The notes under the pieces are model-generated. The model did no database searches and was not told the DNA's origin. It worked only from the letters and a program-made list of their open reading frames with translations. DNA of 63,628 nt, counting the filler, from Saprolegnia diclina VS20 (lineage: Eukaryota), in NCBI RefSeq assembly GCF_000281045.1. It is 7 parts of 3 records of this genome, joined end to end, with 100 filler letters (N's around TTAATTAATTAA, not from the genome) between each part and the next. Parts side by side here need not be neighbours in the genome. Positions count along the whole stretch, not along the records: positions 39,238 to 54,541 come from NW_008246100.1; positions 54,642 to 57,149 come from NW_008246101.1; positions 57,250 to 59,384 come from NW_008246102.1; positions 59,485 to 61,506 come from NW_008246102.1; 3 more parts are not named here. The stretch is one strand, 5' to 3'. A program made the translations under genes and the position numbers. Every line of letters begins with the position of its first letter. Positions within the stretch are counted from its first letter, which is position 1. Below, one piece after another: positions 49,127 to 60,615 of this stretch.

Positions 49127-49270
49127 TGCTGCCACCCGGTTAATGCTGCCACCCTACACCCTTATTAATTGTTATCTAAATCGAATCATAAATGAACAAA
49201 CGCAAATCTGGATTGTTCGTCAAATATACACACTACTGTACCGTCTATCTCTAGCCCCTTGCGAAGATTC

Positions 49271-50152
49271 CTACAAGGCCATGGGCTCGACCGCGCTGCT
49301 CTCATCATCGCCGTCCAAGAAGTGGAAGAGCCGATGCGTCATTTCGACGCCGAGGAAGAGACAGCCGTTCGCGGGGAACGACCGAAGCACGGCAGCCGAC
49401 CAACCGCGGTAAAACCCACGAAGGCCATACTCGTGCCACACGTGGCGGGCTGCGGCGCTAAAAGTGACGTTGTTGCCGACTTGCATGCGGGACTTGACGA
49501 CGTCGACGGGGAAGACGATGCTCCAGCCGGTCGCACCGGCGCAACCACCGGCCGTGAGCACCGCGAGCGGGTGCAGCTCGCGCTTGGAGCTCGCGTCGTG
49601 AAGCGCCATGAACCAGCTCGTGTACACGTCATAGGCGCCAAAGAAGCAAAAGTTGAAGGGCACGTCCCGCAAAAGGACAGCGGGCAGGCCCGCAAGAAGA
49701 CCCCGCGGACCATTTTCGCGCAGAACATTCTGGACGCACTTGCGCACGCCGAGCGACGTGGTGCCGTGGTCGGACTGAAGGCGGCACTTGATGACTTCGG
49801 CGGGCGTGATCGCGGTCGCCGAGAAGATCGCGGCCGCGCTCCCGAGCAGCGCCTCGTCAATCGTGCGCAAATTCGCGTCGGATGCAAAGATGACGCGCTT
49901 CAAGATGCCGTTGGCCGAAAAGAGCACTGCGTTCTCGACGATCGCCGATGAGAGCGCGGGAATCGCGCCCTTCCACAGCGACCGCAGCCCTTCCTGGCGC
50001 ACGATCTTGGTCATGCAGTCGGTGACGCCAGCATACTCGGGCGGCATCGACTGCGTCTGGAGGCGCACCTTGACCACATCGAATGGCAGGCCTGCGTAGA
50101 CGTTGCAGAAGGCGCCGACGACGCCGCTCGTTGTCTCGCGGAGGTCGAGCAT
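49271..50152 (-). CDS. Mitochondrial carrier (ornithine/carnitine-like, SLC25)
   Basis: Three Px[DE]xxKxR motifs (PFDVVKVR, PAEVIKCR, PVDVVKSR); RSFPAN. Confidence 0.92.
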   Translation of the reverse strand: MLDLRETTSGVVGAFCNVYAGLPFDVVKVRLQTQSMPPEYAGVTDCMTKIVRQEGLRSLWKGAIPALSSAIVENAVLFSANGILKRVIFASDANLRTIDEALLGSAAAIFSATAITPAEVIKCRLQSDHGTTSLGVRKCVQNVLRENGPRGLLAGLPAVLLRDVPFNFCFFGAYDVYTSWFMALHDASSKRELHPLAVLTAGGCAGATGWSIVFPVDVVKSRMQVGNNVTFSAAARHVWHEYGLRGFYRGWSAAVLRSFPANGCLFLGVEMTHRLFHFLDGDDESSAVEPMAL

Positions 50153-50410
50153 GCGGGCTGGAGATGCTGGAATGCTGGACGGTAGCCAATCGCAGTGGCC
50201 CAACCGCCGGATACTTCAAGTCGCACCTTCTTGACGGTCGCCGGATCGTATCCGGATGACCTTGTATAAACCACCACGTGAAAAATCTCTGCCGCCACTT
50301 CTGGTTGGTCAAAGCGCCTCGGAGGGTTTGTCCCAGTGTAAAACCACGTGTAAAATGGGTTTTATCGAGCACTGGTTTGTCCCACGGTGTAGAACGGCAA
50401 ACTCGGAACC

Positions 50411-51878
50411 ATGGCGAAGCATGGCACGGCGGCGGTCTACGGCGCGCTGCAGCGGTGCGATGGCTCGACACATTGGCAGCTCGTGACGTATATGTAGGCT
50501 ACCGTATGTGAACACGGCGCCCGAGATCCTCGAAATGCGCTTCTGGCGCCACACGATCAAGGAAAAGGTCATGGCCGACCCGATCCGGCGCACGAAGAAC
50601 CAAACCGCACGGCTCATCAACTACCAGCTCTCCAAGCTCGCGGGCGTGACGTCGCACGTTGCAAAGGCCTTTCCGCCGCTCAAGACGCTGCACTCGTTCG
50701 AACATGTGCGGCTTCTCGTCGCCTGGTCCATCTCAAGCATCGCGTCTCGTAGGAAGTTGTGCTCTTGACGCTCGGACAAGGCGCGTACGAAAACCAATTG
50801 CAGTCGCTGCGCCGCGTCTACGCGGAATTGCACAACACGGGCAAGGCCTTTGAAGTCGAGAACAAGGACGTGCTCACGCAGGTCGAGTCCCAGGACTGCA
50901 TGGCGCGCTGCCTCGACGTATGTACTCGCAAGCATCGATGCACACATCTCATGCGGCACATGGTAGGCGCTCAAGGAAGTCGTACACCAAAAGGCGCCGG
51001 TTCTGAAAGAGACGGCAGAGATGGCCAAGGTACTGAAATCAAGGTAGAGCATGATTAATCATGCAGTAGACATTGCGAAAACTGCCCGAGATCGACTTGG
51101 ACAAGCCGATTTTCGCACTCGTGGGCTCGCCCAACGTTGGTACGAACTGGTGCTCGCTCGTCAACCGTAGCGAACCTCGCTATAGGCAAGTCGTCGCTCG
51201 TCAAGGCGCTGACGACTGCCAATCCCGAGGTGCATGCATTTTATGATTTTTTTTGTCAAATCTCAAGGACGTTTAGATTGCGAATTATCCGTTCACGACG
51301 CGGGGCGTGACGATCGGCCACATCTTTATTAATGGTGTGTCGTACCAGGCACGTTTTTACCATGTCGTGCAAATTCTTATTCTGTGCCGCAGGTCGCCGA
51401 CACGCCGGGTCTCTTGTTTCGCCCAGATGAGAAGCGCAATGCAATCGAGAAACTCGCGCTGAGCATTTTGACCAAGACGGACGCGGTTCGCATCTTCCTT
51501 CCTAAACATGCTGACACGAAATGTGTAGACGGTCGGCTTTGTGATCGACCCGACGGGCGCGTCCGGCACGTCGGTGGCCGAGCAGCTCGCGCTCCGCGCC
51601 GAGCTCCGTGACAAGTTGCCGTGGAAAGCGCAGCATACGTGGATTGACATTCTTTCCAAGATTGACGTTCCATTTGACGCGTCGACGCTCACGCCCGAGT
51701 GCGTCATTGTGAATCGGTCGCCGCGATGTACTAACGTCACTTGTGTCATAGGCAGCAGAGTGAGCTCGCGACATTCCTCCGCGTCTCGACGCAAACTAAC
51801 GAAGGTCTTTTGGCGGTCGATGCCGCGGCCCGCGACATGCTGCTGCTGCCGCCCGAGGTCAAGGCGGACACGGCGTAG
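50411..51878 (+). CDS. NOG1-like Obg-family GTPase (short form)
   Basis: Helical N-domain, LPEID, GSPNVGKSS, NYPFTTRG, DTPGLL..RNAIEK, SKID; many introns; start may lie further upstream. Confidence 0.82.
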
Positions 51879-51897
51879 AGAGAAGCAACGTATACCA

Positions 51898-52930
51898 TTA
51901 GGAATAGTCGAGTGGCCGCGACGGCAAGAACGACATCAACACGATGTTTTCGTCCGTGCTCTTGAGAGTTTGCGCCATGAACGACATGCTATGCGCCGCG
52001 TCGTCAAGCACGATTGAGTAGCGGGCTTTGGACGTCAAAACGCTTGCGTCCACCGTGATCGCGACGCCGCGTTGGCTCGACATGCACTGCACAATGTACG
52101 GCTGGCTGGGCGACGCGGTGACGCGTAATGGCTCGCCACGCGGTAGCTCGGCGACGTGCGTCGCGCGCCCGAGCCGATCAACGCTGTAGAGTTCGTAGAC
52201 CTCGTCGCCAATGCAGTTGGAGGCAAAGGCCATGCGAATGCCTTCGGGGGTGGCATCGCTCACAGCGACGTCGGTGGCCGCAATCGGGAACCGGTACCCC
52301 GGCTCCATCATGTTACGCTCCAAGCCAAAGTAGACAAGCTGAATGCCTTGAAAGGAATTTGGCGTCTACAAGCACGCACGCCAATGACCATCCAACCGGT
52401 AGATTGTCGTACGGTGGGTCGTCCAACAACGTGCCGCTCGGACGTGGCACCGGGTTCGAGGCGGAACTCGAGGATGCGCCGGGCGCTGAGCTTTGTACAG
52501 AACACTTCAAGGTCGTCCTCCGACTGGTTGTTGAAGACGACACCAACCGAGGCGAGCGCGTCGCTCAGCGGTGGTTTTGGCGTGGTTGTGCTGTGAAGCG
52601 CGCGCCGATTGCGTCGGGAAATCGGTGTCTCCTATGCAAAACGAAGTGTGCTCAGGGATTTCGTGAGGCCATACGTACAACGGGTCGCTTGGAGGCGAGA
52701 GAGAGCGGCGACGGGTTGAACGACGGATCGTACGGTCCTTCGACCACTTGGTTGTTTGCCGGGTGATGCACCGACGTGGATCGGACAAGCACGACGGGCT
52801 TTGCGAGCGGCGTGGCCCCGTCACCACCTCGCTGCCGTCGCGAGCTACGCGTAGCTTTTGGCGGTGCCCATGGCGTGATGCTGACTGTCGACGGGGTGTG
52901 GAACCGGAAGGCAGGAAAGAGGTTCTCCAT
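51898..52930 (-). CDS. Hypothetical protein with possible VHL-beta-like domain(s)
   Basis: Spliced ORFs; VVFNNQSEDDLEVF and FASNC..YELYSVDRLG..AELPRGE..VTASPSQPYIV. Confidence 0.45.
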
Positions 52931-53754
52931 GCGGCGATTGCAGCTGCTCGACTGCGAACAACGCTATATTTTTAGATTGGATCACATGGGAGTCCTCTGC
53001 TGCCAGATTTCGACGCTCAAAAGGCAATTAGACCTCCCCAGCGTGGCATGTGTGCATACCGCGGGCCATTAAACCATCCCTAGGTGTAACTTTGAGCCAA
53101 GACGCGGGTCCATTTGATGCTGTGGACATGTTGAGTCTCTCGGCCGACTTGGGAAGAACTGTCTCACAACCACCTCGCAACCACCTCGCGTCTTCTTTGT
53201 TTATGATGTTTTAGTATCGCTCTACTGTTGTACTATGTTTTTGCGAGCGCAGAGAGGAAGCAACGCCGTGGGGTGATTGAAGAGAGAGTTGTGGGTTTGT
53301 GAGCCCCTTGTCTTCTTTCTGGAAATCCTAGTAAAAAGAGTAGGCTGCCATTATACCTGGATGTACACTCAAGCACAAACTCTCATTGCAAAGCTACGGC
53401 TGCTACAGTGTCGTCTACGATGTGATTAGGACCTTACATAGCTACCGTACATTGCCGATGAATTCTGCGTTTTTCCAGCCGTTCCGCAAGCGAAACCAAC
53501 CGACGAGTGGCCGCGTCTTCCGAGGCGCGGCCGTCGGTCATCCAGGCCGCGGCAGAAGGAGGCCTCGTCAGTCGACGCCTTCGCCTGCTGCGAGCCGCGC
53601 CATCAGACCAAGCGACGCTGAGCGATGAGGAACTCATCGCCACGCTGTACAAGACGACATATCCAAGGAAGACGACGACGTGCTCCAGCCAGACAACAAC
53701 AAAAGCAACGGTCAGGGGGACCACAACCAACATCAGATCCAATACAGAACCAAC

Positions 53755-53860
53755 ATGAGCACCGAACACAGAGCACAAAGCAAAGAGCACAGAGCACAGA
53801 GCACAAATCAGCCAGCCGCCGCCGCCACCGCCACCGCCAACGCCACCGCCAACGCCATCA
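53755..53860. repeat. Low-complexity tandem repeats (AGCACAG-like; GCC/GCCACC)
   Basis: gagcacagagcacagagcac followed by gccgccgccgccaccgccaccgccaacgccacc. Confidence 0.75.
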
Positions 53861-54541
53861 GCCATCAACCTTCAGCAGCAAGATCCATATCATCCGGCCC
53901 CGAATCCCATCAAACAAAGAAAACATATCCAACGCGCCACGCCGCCAAAACGAAAACAAATGCATCCAGTCAACCGCCCAGCTCCACGCCTCCAGAACGA
54001 AAAACAAGTCAACAAGCCCAGCGCCAAAACGAAAACACTTTCATGTACGACGACCGACCAAGACGCCAAAACAAAACAACTCGACCAGTGTCGGCACCAC
54101 GAGCATTCAACCTTCATCAACATCAGACCACCCGACATTTCGCGTCGGTCGCCAAGCCAACGACTTCCATCAGCCCGCGTGTTCTAGTGAGCCATCCGTG
54201 TACCTTCGGGTGCTGCAGCTCCAGGTCGGCCCACGGTCGCATCCGAGTGGAACTCCGCAACACGGGTCTGGTTCACGACCGCGGACGCTGCTGGTCGATC
54301 AAGTAGCTTGACGATGGACCACATAGAAAAAGAAAAACCCATAGTGGTAATCCCGGTAATACACCGCCTGACAAGTACATTGTCGATGAACTTTTGAAAC
54401 GCCACGTCATTTTATTTATGGCAAAATGTGGTATAGCGTGGCAATTGCCATTTTAGAGACTGAACCGGTTTCATTTAACCGGTTTGCCCTTTGGATTGGC
54501 CAAAGCTGTCGGAACCAACAAGAACGAATGCGAGCGATCCA

Positions 54542-54641
54542 NNNNNNNNNNNNNNNNNNNNNNNNNNNNNNNNNNNNNNNNNNNNTTAATTAATTAANNN
54601 NNNNNNNNNNNNNNNNNNNNNNNNNNNNNNNNNNNNNNNNN
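54542..54641. other. Assembly gap with synthetic linker
   Basis: N44-TTAATTAATTAA-N44. Confidence 0.97.
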
Positions 54642-54751
54642 CTGCTCCGTGCGTGGCGCGCAATAAAAACCTGCAAACCAAACGTAACACAGATGCGATC
54701 CTAACAGAGCGACCTAATACTTTGACCTAACACAATGCAACAAAGCTTCAA

Positions 54752-55293
54752 GGTCCCGCGCTATCGCGCAGGACCCATCGATACCAAATGCACTCGCTAC
54801 GCTCGTACATTGCGCTATCGCGCACATTATCCTACCACGCTGCCGTGCACTACTGTATCGCAAGTGCACACGCTCGGGATTGGCGCTGCGCGCATGGATG
54901 CCACATGCATATTAACCGACCGCTCGGACCCCAGCTATCGCTGGGTGCACTCGCTACGCTCGTGGTTTGCGCTATCGCGCAGGACCTGGCTACGCCGGGT
55001 CGACTCGCTTCGCTCGTGGCGCGCTGCGCGCGGGTTGGCCAAGGTGCGTGAATCCTATAAGGTGCGTTTCCGTACTTGACCGGGATTTTGTCCACCCAAT
55101 AGTCAGATCAAGATACGTCTTGACGACATTGACCTGCCACTCGTACTTAACCGAATTCGACACTTCCCGACCCTTCCCGACGCGCTGTGCACGCCGGAAC
55201 ACCGAGTTGAGACTTCATTTTGCCCTATCCGTGCTATCGCACGGGCCCGGCTACCGCCGGGTGCCCTCGCTGCGCTCGTGCCGCGCTTCGCGC
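54752..55293 (-). repeat. Modular array of GC-rich mini-hairpins (candidate ssDNA/rolling-circle element)
   Basis: About 14 short inverted repeats; minus-strand loops GATA/GTA/GAA/GCA/GGTA; recurring three-hairpin module. Confidence 0.75.
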
Positions 55294-56600
55294 AAAAAAA
55301 TCGTTATTCAATTAAAAGATAGACTAGCCAACTAGCCAACACGGTTGAGTTGGCCGTGGCTTCAAGGTTCGTCATTCTTGGCATGCATTCAACGATCAAG
55401 AATTCTTGACGCAAGTACCGTTTTGTATGTGGGAGCCAGCTATGGGAGCCAGTGTGGTACCAGCAAGCTCCTTGTGCGCTGTGTGGGAGCCCACGGGATT
55501 GCCGCACCTGCTTGGTCTGCCGCGGCGAAGCAGAGTGTGAGATTTGCACGATACATCACCACAGAGTTTGCAAAAATCAAGGTTGTGGATGCGGACACGA
55601 CGAGCAAACGACAAATGAGCTCGAAGCTCAGGGATGGTTGGCGCTCATGGTTGGCGCTGGAGCTTAGGGATGGTTGGAGCTAGGACTCGGCAGTTGTGGT
55701 CGGTGGTTGGTAACTGCTCGAGATCGCGGCTGGACCAAGGTTCGCGCAAACAATGGGAAACCGGCCAAAGGAACCAGTTGATCTGAAATAACAAGATATG
55801 CGTCACATAGATCCGCACCGGGTTGCTCACAACGGCAACAAGTTCTTACGCTTATGTTCACCCATCGTCCGACGCCTACTACCGCGATACCTGGAATGAC
55901 GAGCCTCTGCATAATGAAGGCGACTGCGGCGTCGTCAGTGACTCGCGATCAATCCGCTTGATCAAGGTAGACGTCAAGGTATTCACGAACATGTTCGTGG
56001 TCGCGCGGCGACGATACGCAAACTTTGTCGTCTGGCAAGCTTCAAGATCAAGACTATACGTGATCACACAAAGCTGACCAAGGTCAACGAGACCCATGGG
56101 TAAGGCACCGCTCCAGCCAACCAAACCACTCAGGATCTCGGTGGTCCCAGATTTTTCGCTGCAATTTCGCCACGACCAAACGTTTGTGTTAGTTCTGCAG
56201 TCGATTCGTGACCAAAACAAGCGCACAGCTTCTGAGTTCATTCCCGAAGCAATCTGTGGGCCAACCAGCACTAGATGACGTGTGTCCTTCCTTATATTGC
56301 ACTCCCGCTCACGTATTCTAAAGCATGCTCCATCCACGACAACTAACATTTTTGGTCTCCGAATGTCAAGCCTGTTTGGTTGTATGCTGAATCACGCCCG
56401 CGGCTACGACAGAAGACAGATGCCAACGGTCGCCGACTGCCTCGCGCAAACGTTGTTCGTGGCGTGACTTGCCGTGGTGCCACGTCATCGTCCGTTCGTG
56501 CCGGCAACAGACAACGTCATTCATAGCCGACACGTGTACTAGTCCAATAACATAGTAGCAATACTGCCATCGAATCCTTGCAACCAGCGCCATCTCTTGA

Positions 56601-57149
56601 TCATCGTGGTATCGTGAGCTCGCCGTTGGCTTGTATCTGAGCTCCGTCAACAATGAGAAGTGCGTTCTCGGCGCCGACGAGTGCGAGCAGAGCGGGAATG
56701 ATGCTGGCGGCCGTGTCCATGCGCGAGATCGAACCGTCCGGTTGAAAGTGAAATGTGTTGACGATCGGCATCGAGAGCACTTGTCCGACCAAGCGCTGGA
56801 CGAGCCACTCGTTCTGCAAAACGTGCGGACAGAGACACTGCAGCGAGTAGCGAGAGAGGCGCAAATGCAGCATGGCGGTGACCACCACGAGGTATGTGTC
56901 GTCAGACGCGCGTACTACGTCATATCCCGTCGAGACCATCTCGATGGACGAAAAGATAGCGTGGGACGCTCGCCACTGGGCAAACAGCTTGTCAATACCT
57001 CTCTAGTCGAGATATATGCGTGATAAGGACTCGCGCTTATGGCACCGTACCTCGTTCATGAAGAGCAAGTCATGGCGCATGACGCTGTTTAGGAAGGCGT
57101 CTTGGCTCGCTTGCAGGTGCGGTCGGTGCACTTGGTAGCCGTGCCGAAA
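56601..57149 (-). CDS. C-terminal part of an oomycete bZIP-like family protein, 5'-truncated by gap
   Basis: FRHGY..QDAFLNSVM..LFAQW..LCPHVL..LVQRLVGQ..FHFQPDGSISR resembles the C-terminal domain of this family; the bZIP region itself is not present. Confidence 0.6.
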
Positions 57150-57249
57150 NNNNNNNNNNNNNNNNNNNNNNNNNNNNNNNNNNNNNNNNNNNNTTAATTA
57201 ATTAANNNNNNNNNNNNNNNNNNNNNNNNNNNNNNNNNNNNNNNNNNNN
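57150..57249. other. Assembly gap with synthetic linker
   Basis: N44-TTAATTAATTAA-N44. Confidence 0.97.
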
Positions 57250-58518
57250 CAGATGCTAAACTTTCGTCTCAAGAATGCTCTGAAACAACCGATGGTACAC
57301 GTCGTTAAAGCTGAAACAGAAGTCTGAGTCGCCAACTTGTAGAATGCGCAAGAAGTACCACGCATCCCGCGTCGCATCCTGCGCTGGTTGGCAAGCCTCC
57401 GTGACCCGCCGCCGCCTACGCCGCTGCCAGCTGCACCCTCGTCGAATAATATCAGGCAAAGTCGCCCCGAGCGACGCATGCGGAGCCAACCGGCAGAAGA
57501 CCGAGCACGCGATATGGCGTTTCTGGCACTGCTCACTTCTCGCCCGATGCAACAGGTCATGGTTCCCCGACCCTGAGCACGCTGACTCTCTATTGTAGGA
57601 CGGTCCGACGCCGTGGGCAACCGCTGGGGTGTTTGGCCGGGGCAACTTGGCTCGCGACTTGTACGCAAGCATGTCGGAGCCCGTACGGAAGGTAGCAACG
57701 TCGGTGCGGAGCCACCCCTGAGCAACTGGTCTGTAGATTGCGGCCGAGATCTTGCCTGAGGCGGGTGTACACATGATGCTGGATGGCCAACTGGTCGTGC
57801 ATTGCCACATCGGCGACGACGACGATCTCGAAGCCATTGCCAAGTACCTTCTATCGCATCCGCAAGGTGCTTGACGATCATATATAGGTGCGCGTCGCCC
57901 TTCCTCGTGCACATCGTGGCCACCGCATCGCCCAAGAGCGTGCTTTTCAAGGTCTCGAATGTCATGAGTCTCCAGCACATGCTGTTTCTCCCGGATGCAC
58001 GCTCGCGCATGCTGGCAGCGCAACCAATGCTTCTGCAGACCCTCTACGTGATCGCCAACGCGCTTCTCGACGTTCACGAGCACAGCCTCGTCCACGGCTA
58101 CGTCTCGAGCCACAACGTGTTTGTGAGCCGCATCGACGGTATCCAGGTCGGCGTGCCTGGGACGTCGGTGACCGACGAAGCGCTGCTGGCGTGGACGGCC
58201 CCCGAGGTACTCGCCGGCGACTCGCCGCCGTCGTTTGCCTCGGACATTTATGCGTTTGGCATTCTCATGACGGAGCTCGACGCGTTCCAGCTGCCGTTTG
58301 ACGACTACGATTTCGACGACGAAGTTGCGCTCACGACCGCCGTTGTCGATGGCGGCTTGCGCCCCGCGCTGCGCGACGACTGCGAGCAGTGGTACCGAGA
58401 CCTCGTGGATCACTGCGTAGCCGCCGACCCTGCGTGTCGCCCGACGGCATGGGAAATTGTCGAGCTGTTACAAGGACGCCTTGATGATGCGCTTGCTCGT
58501 AACAAATCACAGAGCTAG
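57250..58518 (+). CDS. TKL-like pseudokinase, 5'-truncated by gap
   Basis: WTAPEVL, SDIYAFGILMTEL, RPTA present; HRD replaced by HGY and DFG by VPG; spliced upstream exons. Confidence 0.75.
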
Positions 58519-59384
58519 GGAGCGACCGCTGCAGAGAGTCTCTAACATGTATTTTGTGCATCATGTCTTTTTGTCTGACATGTCTCTTGATCAAGGTGTG
58601 AGTAATAGATGTTGTAAAAGTTACAGCGGGCGCACGGGAAGGCGCTGCAGGCTGCAGCGGTGCAAGGCCAGGACCCTCAAGCGTCCGACGCATGCGTCCG
58701 TACCGACGGGCCACTTGAAGACGATGAAGCGCGAGCTGCTTCACCAAGTGCTCTTCACGTCGCTCGAGCAGCAAGCAGAAGGTGGCGTCCTCGCGTCGAC
58801 CCAGACGCCCGAGCCGCACACAGCCCGCGACGCTCTCAGATCATCGAGAACCGCACGTGGCAGCAATATCTCGGTGCCAACGCTACCGGCCACCGATGGG
58901 CGTTTAGATTACGTTCGACTCGGACGGCGAGATTGAGCGCTACACAGCGCACCTCGTCACATAGGGCAACGCGCAGATGATCGGCATCGCCTGTACAGCG
59001 ACTTTTACGCCAGCCATTCGCCAACCATCGATGCATATCTTCACGTAGATCCCGATGACGGCGCCCGAAGACGCACGTGCTGCTGCTGCTGTCCAAGAAC
59101 CTCAAAGTCTGCCAGCAGTCTCGTCACTTGCAGCACGAGGCGGAAACAAGGTGCTCCGCGACCTCCCATCGACCCGAGGGCAGACAAAGCCTCGATAATG
59201 GCGCGAACACGCTTGGTCTATATCCGAATGAGGACCACCAAGGCGACGTATCCCCAGACAACCGTCGCATTTGCACGTCCTTTATAATGACCATGTTGGT
59301 TGTTGCTCGAAACAGTTGAAGTATCGCATGTGGAAAAGACCATCACTCGTTGCTGTGGCCCAACACTGATGCGTCAGCATTACA

Positions 59385-59484
59385 NNNNNNNNNNNNNNNN
59401 NNNNNNNNNNNNNNNNNNNNNNNNNNNNTTAATTAATTAANNNNNNNNNNNNNNNNNNNNNNNNNNNNNNNNNNNNNNNNNNNN
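59385..59484. other. Assembly gap with synthetic linker
   Basis: N44-TTAATTAATTAA-N44. Confidence 0.97.
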
Positions 59485-59662
59485 ATGCAAACTTGGCGCC
59501 ACAGCTTTGACTTCAAAGGCGAGTGCACTGGAGTCGACAAGAGGTCATCCTCGACGTCGATGGACATGCTCTTCTTGGAAGAGTACGAAGACAACGAATA
59601 AAGCTAGTGTCCACTGCTCTACGCCCTATTGCGTCTCTAATACATATATATATGTGCTGGAT

Positions 59663-59989
59663 TCAGTCTTGCGGTTGGATGCAGGTGTCGTCGCGATATC
59701 CAACACTGAGCCGTTTCTCGTAGCGAAGTTGCGGTGTTGGACCACCAAGCAAGTGTGCCAGCTTGAGATCCACATAGTCTCTAGTGTGGTAGAAATCGTG
59801 GAGGGTAACGTCGTCGGCCGGGACGCGACCAGCATGCTTGGTCGTGAGCGCCGCCACAGTGTCGGGCGAGAGAGGCCACGAGGCAATCTCGATGCCGTCA
59901 ACGGTCGCCGTCGGGTTGCGTTCGTCGCCAGGCGTGTACAGACAGCATTGCGGCATCGCGGCCTCACGCGCAAATGTTCGCAAGTCCAT
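59663..59989 (-). pseudogene. Truncated paralog of the 2OG-Fe(II)-like family at 60616 and 63120
   Basis: MDLRTFAREAAMPQCCLY..RNPTATV..SWPLS..DFY aligns with both neighbours, then diverges after HLLG and stops. Confidence 0.65.
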
Positions 59990-60615
59990 GCTACTCTCTA
60001 TCGCAGTTGAACGCAAAAGGCAATGTGCTCTCATCAACCTTTGACCCGACCGATCGTCACGTCTCTGCTGAGGTGTGGTGTAACGCTGAGTGGCCCTGAG
60101 CCGGTCGACCGTACGTACATGATCGTCTTTCATGCACCAGTTGCTGGAGATATTGTCGCCTGCACCTGTTAAACGAAGCCTCCCAAGGCGATATCATTGA
60201 GCAAAGTGGCAGCCTGCACCTCCTGAAGAGCGGACCACCATGCACGCCCCCGTGCACTGGGTAAACTAACGACCATCACGCAGACCGGCTCTGTGACATC
60301 CGGCATTACACTGTAGCACGGCATTGTGTGTATGTACTTTAAGGTACCGGTACACCGAGGGATGCACGGCTCTGTGAGGCTCCTTCGGCCAGCTCGATCG
60401 ACGCAGAAAGGTGGCATCCAACAAGACCAATACACGCAGCTTTATAGCGGGCGTAATATTGCCATGCCTGCATTTTCCTGTGCTTTGGTAGCAACAGCTG
60501 TCGCCGTCGTCGAGGATACCAAGTGACATGCGACACGTAGAATCCGTGTCAGAGTGATGGTCCAACGACTTGAGATAGCCATGCCCCTGGCCATCCCCTC
60601 ACAGTTGCTTTTTCG

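Noticed and set aside
54752..55293. CRISPR-like reading of the hairpin repeats
   Set aside because: Repeats are not identical, there are no regular unique spacers, no cas genes, and the context is eukaryotic.
55323..55340. CTAG motifs as a canonical Helitron 3' end
   Set aside because: On + the CTAG is followed by C, not T; on - the CTAGT lies upstream of the hairpins, so the geometry does not fit.
55879..56349. Possible LRR remnant (WSGALPMGLVDLGQL)
   Set aside because: Single weak motif with no repeats; insufficient support.
58600..59384. Coding-like fragments downstream of the pseudokinase
   Set aside because: Multiple frames with no recognisable domain or supported splice pattern.
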